Assembly (NCBI RefSeq): GCF_006345805.1
Contig: NC_043021.1
Span: forward strand, 21,018,001-21,082,000
Direction: 5' to 3'
Length of the DNA: 64,000 bases
Origin: Octopus sinensis
Lineage: Eukaryota
Shown here: one piece after another, positions 39,283 through 52,356 of the stretch
Numbering within the stretch: the first letter of the stretch is position 1
How the letters are laid out: each line of letters opens with the position of its first letter
Notes under the pieces: model-generated
Told to the model about the DNA's origin: nothing
Seen by the model: the letters and a program-made list of their open reading frames with translations, nothing else
Database searches by the model: none
Translations under genes and position numbers: made by a program

Positions 39283-41300
39283 AACAGCATGGCAAACTGG
39301 CAGAAACATTAGCCTGTTGGACAAAATGCTTAGTTGCATTTTACTTCTGGGTCTTTATGTTTCTGAGTTCAAATGCTGCTGTGGTCAACTTTGCCTTTCA
39401 TCCTGTCAGGATTAAGAAGCAATGATGATGATGATGGTGATGATAATGGTGACTATGACGATGACACAAAGAATGGAGATGATGAAAAATTATGATTTTG
39501 CTGACAATAACAATGATCCTCATTTTGTTCATGTTGTAATTAATCAATTCTTCTCAATCTTATGTATTATTCTTGTTGTTGTTGTTGTAGGTGTTTCGGA
39601 GTGGCGAAGGTATGGGCATACGTCTTGACGGCGCTTCAGCTTTTGCTGGTGCCATTATCTCGCCCTATTACGATTCCCTCCTGGTGAAAGTCATTGCTTC
39701 AGCTCGCGACCATCCCTCTGCTTGCGCCAAGATGCTTCGAGCCCTCATGGAATTCCGAATTCGTGGAGTGAAGGTAGGTAGAAGAGTCCCAGAAGCCAAA
39801 GCAGTGTTCATGTTCTTAGTGTTGTGCTGTTGTAATTGTTGTCAGTGTTGTTGTCGTTAGGTTTATTGTTGTTGCATCATTATTAAGGTGGCAAGCTGCC
39901 AGGAATGTTAGCACGCCGGGCGAAATTCTTAGCGGTATTTCGTCTGCCATTACGTTCTGAGTTCAAATTCCGCCGAGGTCGACTTTGCCTTTCATCCTTT
40001 CGGGGTCGATAAATTAAGTACCAGTTACGCACTGGGGTTGATGTAATCGACTTAATACCTATGTCTGCCCTTGTTTGTCCCCTCTGTGTTTAGCCCCTTG
40101 TGGGTAATAAACAAATAGGTATTTCGTCTGCCGCTACGTTCTGAGTTCAAATTCCACCAAGGTCGACTTTGCCTTTCATCCTTTCGGGGTCGATTAAATA
40201 AGTACCAGTTATGCACTGGGGTTGATGCAATCGACTTAATCTGTTTGTCTGTCATTGTTTGTCCTCTCTGTGTTTAGCCCCTTGTTGGTAGTAAAGAAAT
40301 AGGTATTTCATCTTTCTTTACGTCCTGGGTTCAAATTCGGCTGAAGTTGACTTTGCCTTTCATCCTTTCAGGGTCAATAAATTAAGTACCAGTTGCATAC
40401 TGGAGGTCAGTTTAAACAACTGGTCCCCTACCCAAAGATTTCAGGCCTTGTGCCTAGAGTAGAAAAGATTATTGTTGTTGTTATTGTTAGTATTGTTAGT
40501 TTTAGTTGTTGTGGCAGGATCCTGACCACCCCCATGTGACCAAAAGTGGACTCTAATCAACTGGCCTCCTACCCAAAGATTTCAGGCCTTGTGCCTAGAG
40601 TAGAAAAGATTGTTGTTGTTAGTGTTATTGTTAGTGTTGATGTTAGTTTTAGTTGTTGTAGAAGGATCCTGACCACCCCTATGTGACCAAAAGTGGACTG
40701 ACACATCTCAGTAAAATAAGGAAGCTGTGGGAACTGACGCTAGTTGACAAATAGTTGACAGCAGAGCTGACAGCCTTGATTGTTTGCATTAGATTATTAC
40801 TGTATTAGTTTAATGTCTACCTACACATGGGGTAGTATGGAGCATGTTCTGTGTGAACGGATTCATTCTGCAAAAGGTTATTCTAGATAACAATAACCAT
40901 ATATTTATTTGGATATTACTATTCCTACACCCTTGTGCACACCCCAACGTTGTCATAACATTGGTGATGAGATACTCAAACCTCTGAAGACATAACATTA
41001 GTGTTGTTGTTTGTGTTGTTGTTACTATTATTCTTGTCAGTGCTGTTGCTGTTATAGCCAGTGTTGTTGACCAAGGCATTGGCCAGCTCAGGTCTGCTCT
41101 ATTACTTGTTTTAGTCATTTGACTGTGGCCATGCTGGAGCACCACCTTTAGTCGAGGAAATCGACCCCCAGGACTTATTCTTTGTAAGCCTAGTACTTAT
41201 TCTATCGGTCTCTTTTGCCGAACCGCTAAGTGACAGGGGCATAAACACACCAGCATCGGTTGTCAAGTGATGTTGTGGGGACAAACAGAAACACATAAAC

Positions 41301-41369
<69 letters not shown>

Positions 41370-41852
41370 TATGACGGGCTTCTTTCAGTTTCCGTCTACC
41401 AAATCCACTCACAAGGCTTTGGTCGGACCGAGGCTATAGTAGAAGACACTTGCCCAAGGTGCCACACAGTGGGACTGAACCCGGAACCATGTGGTTCGTA
41501 AGCAAGCTACTTACCACACAGCCACTCCTGTGCCTTCTATAGGTCTCTAGAAGATGCTTGTCCAAGGTGCCATGCAGTGGGACTAAACTCAAAACCACTT
41601 GGTTGTAAAGTAATTCTTCAACTTACAGCCATACCTGCACCTATTTTTTGTTAATTATTTTGTAAAAAAATAACTTAAATGTCAAAAATAGGTGCAGGAG
41701 TGGCTGTGTGGTAAGTAGCTTGCTTACCAACCACATGGTTCTGGATTCAGTCTCACTGCATGGCACCTTGGGCAAGTGTCTTCTGCTATAGCCTCGGGCC
41801 AACCAAATCCTGGTGAGTGGATCTTGTAGATGGAAACTGAAAGAAGCTCGTC

Positions 41853-41884
<32 letters not shown>

Positions 41885-44800
41885 TTGTGTGTCTGTGTTT
41901 CTCCCTCCACCATTGCTTGACTACTGATGTTGGTGTGTTCACGTCCCCGTATCTTAGTGGTTCGGCAAAAGAGACTGATAAAATAAGTATTAGGTTTACA
42001 AGGAATAAATCCTGGGGTCGATTTCTGTGACTAAAAGTGGTGCTCCAGCATGGCCGCAGTCAAATGACTGAAACAAATAAAAGAATAAATAGTTGTCCAG
42101 TGGCTGAAACAACTAAAAGATAAATAAAAATACATAGTTGTTTGTTCCTGGTGTATATTGAACTCAGTTCCCTTGTCTTTGCATCTTACTATTTCTGATT
42201 TTACATTTTCCCTTACCCCATATGTGCTATGTCATACTTAAGGAGGCGCAATGGCCCAGTGGTTAGGGAAGTGGACTCGCGGTTTCGATTCCCAGACCGG
42301 GCGTTGTGAGTGTTTATTGAGCGAAAACACCTAAAAGCTCCACGAGGCTCCGGCAGGGGATGGTGGTGATCCCTGCCATTCTCTTTCACCATAACTTTCT
42401 CTCACTCTTACTTCCTGTTTCTGTTGTACCTGTATTTCAAGGGGCCGGCCTTGTCACTCTCTGTGTCACGCTGAATATCCCTGAGAACTATGTTAAGGGT
42501 ACACGTGTCTGTGGAGTGCTCAGCCACTTACACGTTAATTTCACGAGCAGGCTGTTCCGTTGATTCAGATCAACCGGAACCCTCGTCGTCGTAACCGACG
42601 GAGTGCTTCTGTCCATGTCATACTTAATATTTAATTTGATGTTCTTGTTACTTTTTTGCAGACCAACATTCCATTCCTGTTGAATGTGCTCCAGAATGAA
42701 CGGTTCCTCTCCGGCATCGTCGACACAAACTTCATTGACGAACACTCTGAGCTGTTTCAGTTTGAACCATCGCAGAACCGAGCGCAGAAACTCCTCCACT
42801 ACATGGGCCAAGTCATGGTCAACGGACCACAAACACCACTTGCTACCAAACTCCAGCCTTCAGACACTGAGCCAACAGTTCCTGAAATTCCTGTCGGTGA
42901 GTAAAGAACAGTAATTCATGATTCCTTAACTCTTTAGTATTTAAACCGGCCATATCCGGCCAAAATATTTAATCTGTTTTATATTCAAACTGACCAGATC
43001 CAGGCTCTCACACCTACCCTACAATGTTATTCTACATTAAGTGATTACACCATCAAGATCTTAAAGTAATGAGATAATGCATGATTAATTCAAATCAATG
43101 GGAATCAATAAGCATTATACTTGATAGAATAATCTGAACACTAAAAGGTTAAACTCTTACCCGTTGACAAAAAATTTTTCCCCCCGAATTTAATTTTGAA
43201 AATTTCCACTGATGAAATCTCTTGAAATCCATGTATTAGACACTCTGAAAAATATCTTTTTACTCAAAGATTCCACACAAAGGCCACTTGACTAATTGCC
43301 ATAAAATTATTCACAGGCCTTTTCCAACCTCTGTCCCACCAGTATGCAGTTTCTTTGTCTGTATTTGCACCAGGCACCAGTCTGATCTGGCAGTGTTTCT
43401 ATAGCTGGATGCCCTTCCTAATGCCAACCACTCCGTGAGTGTAGTGGGTGCTTTTTACGTGCCACCGGCACAGAGGCCAGTCGAGGCGGCACTAGCAACG
43501 GCCACATTCGGATGAATTTTTTTACGTGCCACCAGCACTGGTATCACAATTTCCATTGATTTTTGATCGATTTCGATTTCGCTTGCCTCAACAGGTCTTC
43601 GCAAGCAGAGTTTTGTGTCCCAAGGAGGAAAGGTATGTATAAGTGGACTGGCTACATCCCAGGTAAAGATCACGGATTATGGTCTCACTTGTCCTGCCGG
43701 GTCTTCTCATGCACAGCGTATTTCCAAAGGTCTCGGTCACTAGTCATTGCCTCGGTGAGACCTAATACAATTTCATGTATGTTTTAAAGGCTACAATGAC
43801 TATTGCTATTACATTTCATTTGCCTGACATAAAGTCACTCACAAGCATGTTCCAATCTCTGATCCACTAGCGTGTTCCAGCCTATGGCTCATAGGTATGC
43901 TCTCTCCTTTGTCCATCGTTACTATAAATGCCTCTTTTTTTCTGAGAGCTGGCTGATGCAGTCCACTGCCATCTTTTTTGATCCTGTTTTTAACTGTGTA
44001 TATGTGTATCTTTAATGGACTGGCCACATTGACTCTACTGCTATCATGCTGAAATTGTATTAGACTCAAACATGTGATCTCAGATCAAATTAATTAGTAA
44101 ATATGAATGGGCGTGGGTGTGTGGTTAAGATGTTTGCTTCTCAAACATATAGTTTCAGGTTCAGTCCTACTGCATGGCATCTCAGGCAAGTGTCTATAGA
44201 CTCAGGTTAACCAAGGCTTTTGTGAGTGGATTTGCCAGATGGAGACTTAAAGAAGTCTGTCATGTGTGTGTGTTTGAGAGTGTGTGTGTGTGTGTGTGTG
44301 TGTGTGCACCTCCTTGTCTTGATCATCATCATTATCATTGTTTAACGTCCGTTTTCCATGCTAGCATGGGTTGGACGGTTCAACCAGGGATCTGGAAAGC
44401 CAGAAGGCTGCACCAGGCTCCAGTCTGATCTGGCAATGTCTCTACTACTGGATGCCCTTCCTAACGCCAACCACTCCGTGGGTGTAGTGGGTGCTTTTTA
44501 CGTGCCACCTGCACAGGTGCCAAGCGAGGCTGGCAACGGCCACGATCGGTTGGTGCATTTTACGTGCCAGTCAAGGCGGCACTGGCATCGGCCACGATTC
44601 GGATGGTGCTTTTTATGTGCCACCGGCACAGAAGCCAGTCAAGGCGGCACTGGCATCGGCCACGATTCGGATGGTGCTTTTTACGTGCCACCGGCACGGA
44701 AGCCAGTCTAGGCGGCCATAGTTGTAAATAAGTGTTGCTGTCACACAAGCAGTGTCATTCATTTCTAATATCCTGTGAGAACATGTCTGGCCATGGAGAG

Positions 44801-46861
44801 ACATTACCATGCTTGGAAATAGGTGAGGGTTGGCAACAGGAAGAGCATTCAGCCATAGAAAATCTTCCCCATTGAAACCCTGCTCTTCCCATGTAATTAT
44901 GGAAAAGTGGACATCATAGTGATGATACTAAAGTGACGATGATAAACAAACCAAAAATATTTTGGGGTTTATTTTTTTCAGACAAAAGCCGTCCAAATGG
45001 TTGACAAAGAAAATGTTTGTGTTTCTCCTTGTCTTGACATTGCATGATTGCTGTAAATGAGAGCCACTGCCATACAAGCAGTGTCGTTCATTCCCAATAC
45101 CCAGTGAGAACATGTGTAGTCATGCTCGGAAACAGGTGAGGGTTTTGCAACAGGAACGGCATCCAGCCATAGAAAATATTCCCCACTGAAGCCCCGCTCC
45201 TCCCATGATACTAAAGTGATGATACTAAGGTGAGGCGGTGACCTGGCAGAAATGTTAGCACGCCGGGCGAAATGCTTAGTCGTATTTCGTCTGCCGCTAC
45301 ATTCTGAGTTCAAATTCCCCCGAGGTCGACTTTGCCATTCATCCTTTCGGGGTCAATAAATTAAGTACCAGCTGCGTCAATGGGATCAATGTAATCGACT
45401 TAATCCCTTTGTCTGTCCTTGCTTGCCCCCTCTATGTTTAACCCCTTGTGGGCAATAAAGAAATAAGACACGTTAGCATGCCAGGTAAAATGCTTAGCGG
45501 TATTTTGTCTGCCACTACGTTCTGAGTTCAAATTCCGCCGAGGTCGACTTTGCCTTTCATCCTTTCGGGGTCGATTAAATAAGTACCAGTTACGCACTGG
45601 GGTCGATGTAATCGACTTAATCCGTTTGTCTGTCCTTGTTTGTCCTCTCTACTTGTGGGTAGTAAAGAAATAGATACTAAAGTGATGATAAACAAATCAG
45701 AAATATTTCTCTTTTTTTTTTTTTTCAGACAAAAGCCGTCCAAATGGTTGGCGAACAGTTCTGCTTCAAGAAGGGCCAGAGGGTTTCGCCAAGAAGGTCC
45801 GTCAACACAAAGGCCTGCTACTGATGGATACCACATTCCGAGATGCTCACCAATCTTTACTTGCCACCCGAGTACGCACCAGGGACCTCTTAAACATCTC
45901 ACCGTTTGTGGCACACAATTTTAACCAATTCTACAGTTTAGAGAACTGGGGAGGTATGAGGTTTTTGTTATTGGATTTTTTTCATTCTTTTTTTCTAGAT
46001 TTCTTTCTGTGTGTATGTGTGTCTATGAGTGTGTGTGTGTATATATACACGTACACACCCAGATACACACGTGTATATATATATATATATCAGGTGCAGG
46101 AGTGGCTGTGTGGTAAGTAGCTTGTTTACCAACCACATGTTCCCAGGTTCAGTCCCACTGCATGGCACCTTGGGCAAGTGTCTTCTACTATAGCCTCGGG
46201 CAGACCAAAGCCTTGTGAGTGGATTTGGTAGACGGAAACTGAAAGAAGCCCGTCGTATATATGTATATATATGTATGTGCATGTATGTTTGTGTGTCTGT
46301 GTTTGTCCCCCTAGCATTGCTTGACAACTGATGCTGGTGTGTTTATGTCCCCGTCACTAAGAGAGTTGCTTATTTGTAAAGAAATATAACGTGACTTCAT
46401 TGACCGAGATTAGCGTGGTCTTTTCCGTAGGCTTTTCTTTCCACAGGTAAACCTCACCTGTCCTCCCCTTTACACTTTATATTGACATTTCTGTGATAAC
46501 GATCCCTATTGATCGATTATTCTTTTTCCTATTTTTACCCCCCTTTTTCTTTTTTTCTTTTCTTTTTTTTTTGCTTCCCTCTTTCTTTCCTTTTACGATC
46601 CCTTTTGATCGAAAACCAAACCCCTTTTTTATCCCCAAAAGAAAAGCTCTGCCTTGTAATTTGTCCCGTCTTTGTGCAGCCCTGTGTGGCTAATAAAGAA
46701 ACATTATCTATCTATATATCTATTTACTACCTACCTACCTACCTACCGACTGACCTATCTATGTCTGTCTGTCTGTCCATTTATCTGCATCTATTTGTCT
46801 GTCTGTCTGTTTATCTGTTTGTCTCTATTTATCTATATCTAACTGACTCTCTGCTTGTCTA

Positions 46862-46894
<33 letters not shown>

Positions 46895-49853
46895 TTGTTC
46901 ATTCACTTATTGAAATCTCATTCCTCTCCTTTCTCTCCAACTCAGGCGCCACATTTGATGTTGCTCTTCGGTTCCTTCATGAATGTCCCTGGCAACGTCT
47001 CCAAGAAATGAGGAAACTGATACCAAACATACCATTCCAGATGCTCTTGCGTGGTGCCAATGCTGTCGGCTATACCAACTACCCTGACAATGTGGTCTAC
47101 AAGTAAGTAGTTGACTCTGTTACCTTGAAGGTTTCCAGTTCAAACTCAAGTGGTGGTGGTGGTGGTGGTGGTGGTGGTGGTGGTGACAGTGACGGTAGCA
47201 GAAGTATCAGTGATAGTAGCTGTTGTAGTTGAAGTAGCAGGGTCCATGGTAGTAGTAGCTGTGGAGGTGATGGTGGTGGTAGTTGAGAAGGTGGTGAGCT
47301 GGCAGAAACGTTAGCACGCTGTGCGAAATGCTTAGTACTATTTCGTCTGTCGTTACGTTCTGAGTTCAAATTCCGCCGAGGTCGACTTTGCCTTTCATCC
47401 TTTTGGGGTCGATAAATTAAGTACCAGTTATGCACTGGGGTCGATGTAATCGACTTAATCTCTTTGTCTGTCCTTGTTTGTCCACTCTATGTTTAGCCCC
47501 TTGTGGGTAATAAAGAAATATGTATTTTGTCTGCCGTTACGTTCTGAGTTCAAATTCCGTCGAGGTCGACTTTGCCTTTCATCCTTTCGGGGTCGATAAA
47601 TTAAGTACCAGTTACGCACTGGGGTCGATATAATCGACTTAATCCGTCTGTCTGTCCTAGTTTGTCTCCTGTGTTTAGCCCCTTGTGGGTAGTAAAGAAA
47701 TAGGTATTTCGTCTGTCGTTACGTTCTGAGTTCAAATTCCGCCGAGGTCGACTTTGCCTTTCGTCCTTTCGGGGTCGATAAATTAAGTACCAGTTACGCA
47801 CTGGGGTCGATATAATCGACTTAATCTCTTTGTCTGTCCTTGTTTGTCCCCTCTATGTTTAGTCCCTTGTGGGCAGTAAGGAAATAGGTGGTGGTAGTTG
47901 TGGTAATAGTAGTGGTGGTGGTTGCAGGAGTAGTTTTATTGTAGTAGCTTTAGTACCTGCGGCTTGTCAATAAATAACTACTATAGGGCCCAGAGGATTG
48001 ACTTGCCTTGGTTTGTCTTGGGACCAATTTCTGATCTATGAATGCTGTGACTTGCTATCAATAAATACCGACTATAGTGCCCAGTGCATTGATTTGCCTA
48101 GCGGCTTCACAGGTCTAGGGGACCGATTCTCATCTTTGAATGATGTGGCTTGCTGTTGATAGATATATATTAAAGGGCCCAGTGCCCTGATTTTCTCTTG
48201 GTCCCTATGTAACTGGCACCCATGCCAGTGGCACATAAAAACGTTCATTACATTCTTGGATTGCTTGGTGATAGTTAAGGGCATCCAGGCATAGAAACCA
48301 TTCCAAATCAGACTGGAACTTGATGCAGCTCTCCAGCGTACCAGTTCCAGTCAAACCTATTTCTTTACTACCCACAAGGGGCTAAACACAGAGAGAACAA
48401 ACAAGGAAAGACAAACGGATTAAGTCGATAATATCGACCCCAGTGCGTAACTGGTACTTATATAATCGACCCCGAAAGGATAAAAGGCAAAGTCGACCTC
48501 GGCGGAATTTGAACTCAGAATGAAACGGCAGACTAAATACCTATTTCTTTACTACCCACAAGGGGCTAAACACAGAGAGGACAAACAAGGACAGACAAAC
48601 GGATTAAGTCGATAATATCGACCCAATCGACCCCGAAAGGATGAAAGGCAAAGTCGACCTCGGCGGAATTTGAACTCAGAAAGTAGCGGCAGACGAAATA
48701 CTGCTAAGCATTTCACCCAGCATGCTAACGTTTCTACCAGCTCACCATTTAACCCATACCATCATGGAAAGCAGACACTAAATGATTATGATGATGATGA
48801 TGTTGTGACTCTTTATTAAATATTATTTATTTTAATTCTTTTACCTTACAGATTCTGTGAACTGGCTGTTTCCCACGGAATGGACGTCTTCCGAGTGTTT
48901 GATTCTTTGAACTATGTTCCAAACTTGGTGGTTGGAATAGATGCTGTTGGCAAAGCAGGTAAATCTTGCCCTTTTTATTTCTTTTTTTTTTACAAGAAAG
49001 TGAGGGCTTTATGTTGGTTTACCCGCTATTTCTTACTCTCTCTCCTCATCTGTTAGAAATATTAACTAAATTTCCCCCAAATCAAATACCACCTTTGGTG
49101 ATATATTTTTAGCTCATGAGCTAATAATGACACCGATACCTGCTCTGGCGCTGCTCTTCTATATTTTACCAGCAGGGAGATGAGTTAGTTAGTTAGTTAA
49201 TTTTTTGGCTCAAAAAGCAAAAAGCAAGGCCATGTAGGGGGACATTGAGTTATGTACAGGGAGGGTGTTCATGCAAAGAGTTCAGGCCATTTCTGGTCAA
49301 GGGAGACTTTGAACCGAGCGGTCGTCGGCATCTTCACCATCTCGTCCGGCAGCTTATTCCATAGATCCGCAACCTGGACGGAGAAAGTCCCTCTCCTTCG
49401 ATTGAGATGAAATCGTCACAGATAGAGCTTTTCGGAATGACCCCGCAGCCGACGCTCTGGAGCAGGAGTGAAGAACAGCTCTTTCGAGAGGTTACACTTT
49501 CCGAAGCTCTAGCAATTGGGCATCCATCATTGATGAGACTAAGGAAGGTTGAAATCAGGTGATTTTGTGATCTTGGTGCTGGAGATGGTGGGGATTTCTC
49601 TCTCAGTTGGCGATATAAACAAGAGTGCGTTTTGCACCAAGGGCCAATATGAGAGTTTCTTTCAAGGTACCATTTCTTCTGTCTCTTTATATTACGAGTT
49701 CAAATTCTGCCTAAGTTGGCTTTGCCTTTCATCCTTTCAGGGTCAATAAAATAAGTACCAGTTAAGTACTGGGGTTGTTGTAATCAACCCCTCCTGCTTA
49801 TACTAGAAAGAGTCATCGTCGTTGTCGTCATCGCCACGGCTGCCACCACCACC

Positions 49854-49885
<32 letters not shown>

Positions 49886-52050
49886 GATTATTATTATTAT
49901 TATTATTGCAATCAGCTGGCAGAGATGTTAGCACACCAGGCAAAATGCTTAGCAACATTTCTTAACTCTTTACTCCCTGAGTTTATATTCTGTTGCGGTC
50001 AACTTTGGTCTTTCATCCCTTTAGGGCCAAGCACTGAAATCAATGTAATTGATTTAGCCCTCTCCCCATAATTTTAGGTTTTGTACCTGTTGAAGAAAGG
50101 ATTATTGTTGTTATTATTATTATTATTGCCTCGCCTGGCCCCCGTGCCGGTGGCACGTAAAAAGCACCATCTGACTGTGGCTGTTTGCCAGCCCCGTCTG
50201 GCACCTGTACCGGTGGCATGTAAAAAGCACCCACTACACTCACGGAGTGGTTGGCGTTAGGAAGGGCATCCAGCCATAGAAACACTGCCAGATCAGACTG
50301 GGCCTGGTGCAGCCTTCTGGCTTCCCTGACCACAGCTGAACCGTCCAACCCATGCTAGCATGGAAAGCGGACGCTAAATGATGATGATGATGATGGTTAT
50401 TATTATTATTATTATTATTAAGGCAGTAAGCTGGCAGAATCGTTAGCATGCTGGACGAAATGCTTAGCAGTATTTCACCTGTCGTTATGTTCTGAGTTCA
50501 AATTCTGCCAAGGTCGACTTTGCCTTTCATACTTTCAGGGTTGATAAAATAAGTAGCAGTCACACACTGGGGTTGATGTAATTGACTTGTTCCCTCCTCT
50601 GGCATGAACTGTTTAAATTTTAGGATCAATCCGATACCGGACAAGGATTCTGGATTATTTTTCCTGTTGTTTTTTACTTAATTTTTGAGAGCGGACAGGT
50701 TCATTTTTAATGTTCTTATTTGTGAGAGCAGTCGAGTTTATTTCAGATATTCTCATTTTAAAAATCCTCTCTGGCTAATCGTTGAGAGGACGTTGGTGTT
50801 GCTTTGGCAGAGGTTTGCACTCTCCCCGGGTGCTCTTGTAATTATATTCTCTATTGGGCATATTAATTCACGTTTTCTGTGTCTGTATTCACTTTAAGGT
50901 GGAGTTATTGAAGCTGCTATTTCTTACACTGGAGATGTGGCTGATCCAACCAAGACAAAATATGATATGAATTATTATATGAACCTTTCTGAAGAACTTA
51001 TCAAGGCAGGAACTCATATCCTATGTATAAAAGTAAGACTTTACTTTCATTCCATTTTGGGGCAAAATTTTCTTTATTTTCATCATTTTTAGCCATTTTG
51101 TTGAAAGGTGGATGAGAGTGGCAAGAATGGTACAAGTGACTAGGCCTGCCCTAAGTATACCACCTGTAATCAGAGAAGAGGAAATGAGAAAAGGCACCGG
51201 TCCCAAAGATCAGGGCACCCACACTTTTATGGGGTTTCCATGAGCACCCTCAAACATCTCCTTCCTATTCAGAATTATACATTAAAAATTTTTTTTTTAG
51301 GTTAACCCTTTCGTTACTGTATATATTTTGAGATGCTCTGTGTTTCTTTCAATTATTTTAAATATAACAAAGAATTTAGTAAAATAACTTAGTCATCATT
51401 AAACAAGTGTTAGGAACATAAATTGCGACTAAGGTGGTATATTTTGATGCAAAACTTATGAAAACAAGACATTTGTACTCAGAGCCAGAGCCAATTTCAG
51501 CCGGGTTGGTATTGAAAGGGTTAAGAATTGTTTCTCTATTATATATTTTAACCCTTAGTTATCATTAAACAAGTGTTAGGAACATAAATTGCGACTAAGG
51601 TTTGGTGGAAGATTTTAATTCAAAACTTATGGAAACAAGACATTTGCATGACAGAGCCAGTTTTAGCCGGGTTGGTAATGAAAGGTTTTAACCTGTTTAG
51701 ACATGAAACAACAATATACACTCACACACATTCTTTATTTTGTCCTGTGCCATCCATGCTGTTTTTTTAAAATTTTCTTTATGTAAACCTTTCATGGTCA
51801 ATAAAGAAATTATTATTATTAATCTTAAGGCGGCAAGCTAGCAGAATCGTTAGCAAGCTGGGTGAAATGCCTAGCAGTGATTTATCTGGTGCTTCATTCT
51901 GAGTTTAAATTCCTGTGAAGTCAACTTTGTCTTTCATCCTTTCAGGGTCGATAAATTAAGCACCAGTTGCGTACTGGAGTCGATATAATCGATTGGCCCC
52001 CTTCCCAGAAAATTCAGGCCTTGTGCCTATAATAGAAAGGATTATTATTA

Positions 52051-52083
<33 letters not shown>

Positions 52084-52317
52084 CATCAAAGGCGGCTAGC
52101 TGGCAGAAACGTTAGCCCGCCGAGCGAAATGCGTAGCCGTATTTCGTCTGCCGCAACGGTCTGAGTTCAAATTCCGCCGAGGTCGACTTTGCCTTTCATC
52201 CTTTCAGGGTCGATTAAATAAGTACCAGTTACACACTGGAGTCGATATAATCGACTTAATCCGTCTGTCTGTCCATTTTGTCCCCTCTGTGTTTAGCCCC
52301 ATGTGGATAGTAAAGAA

Positions 52318-52356
<39 letters not shown>

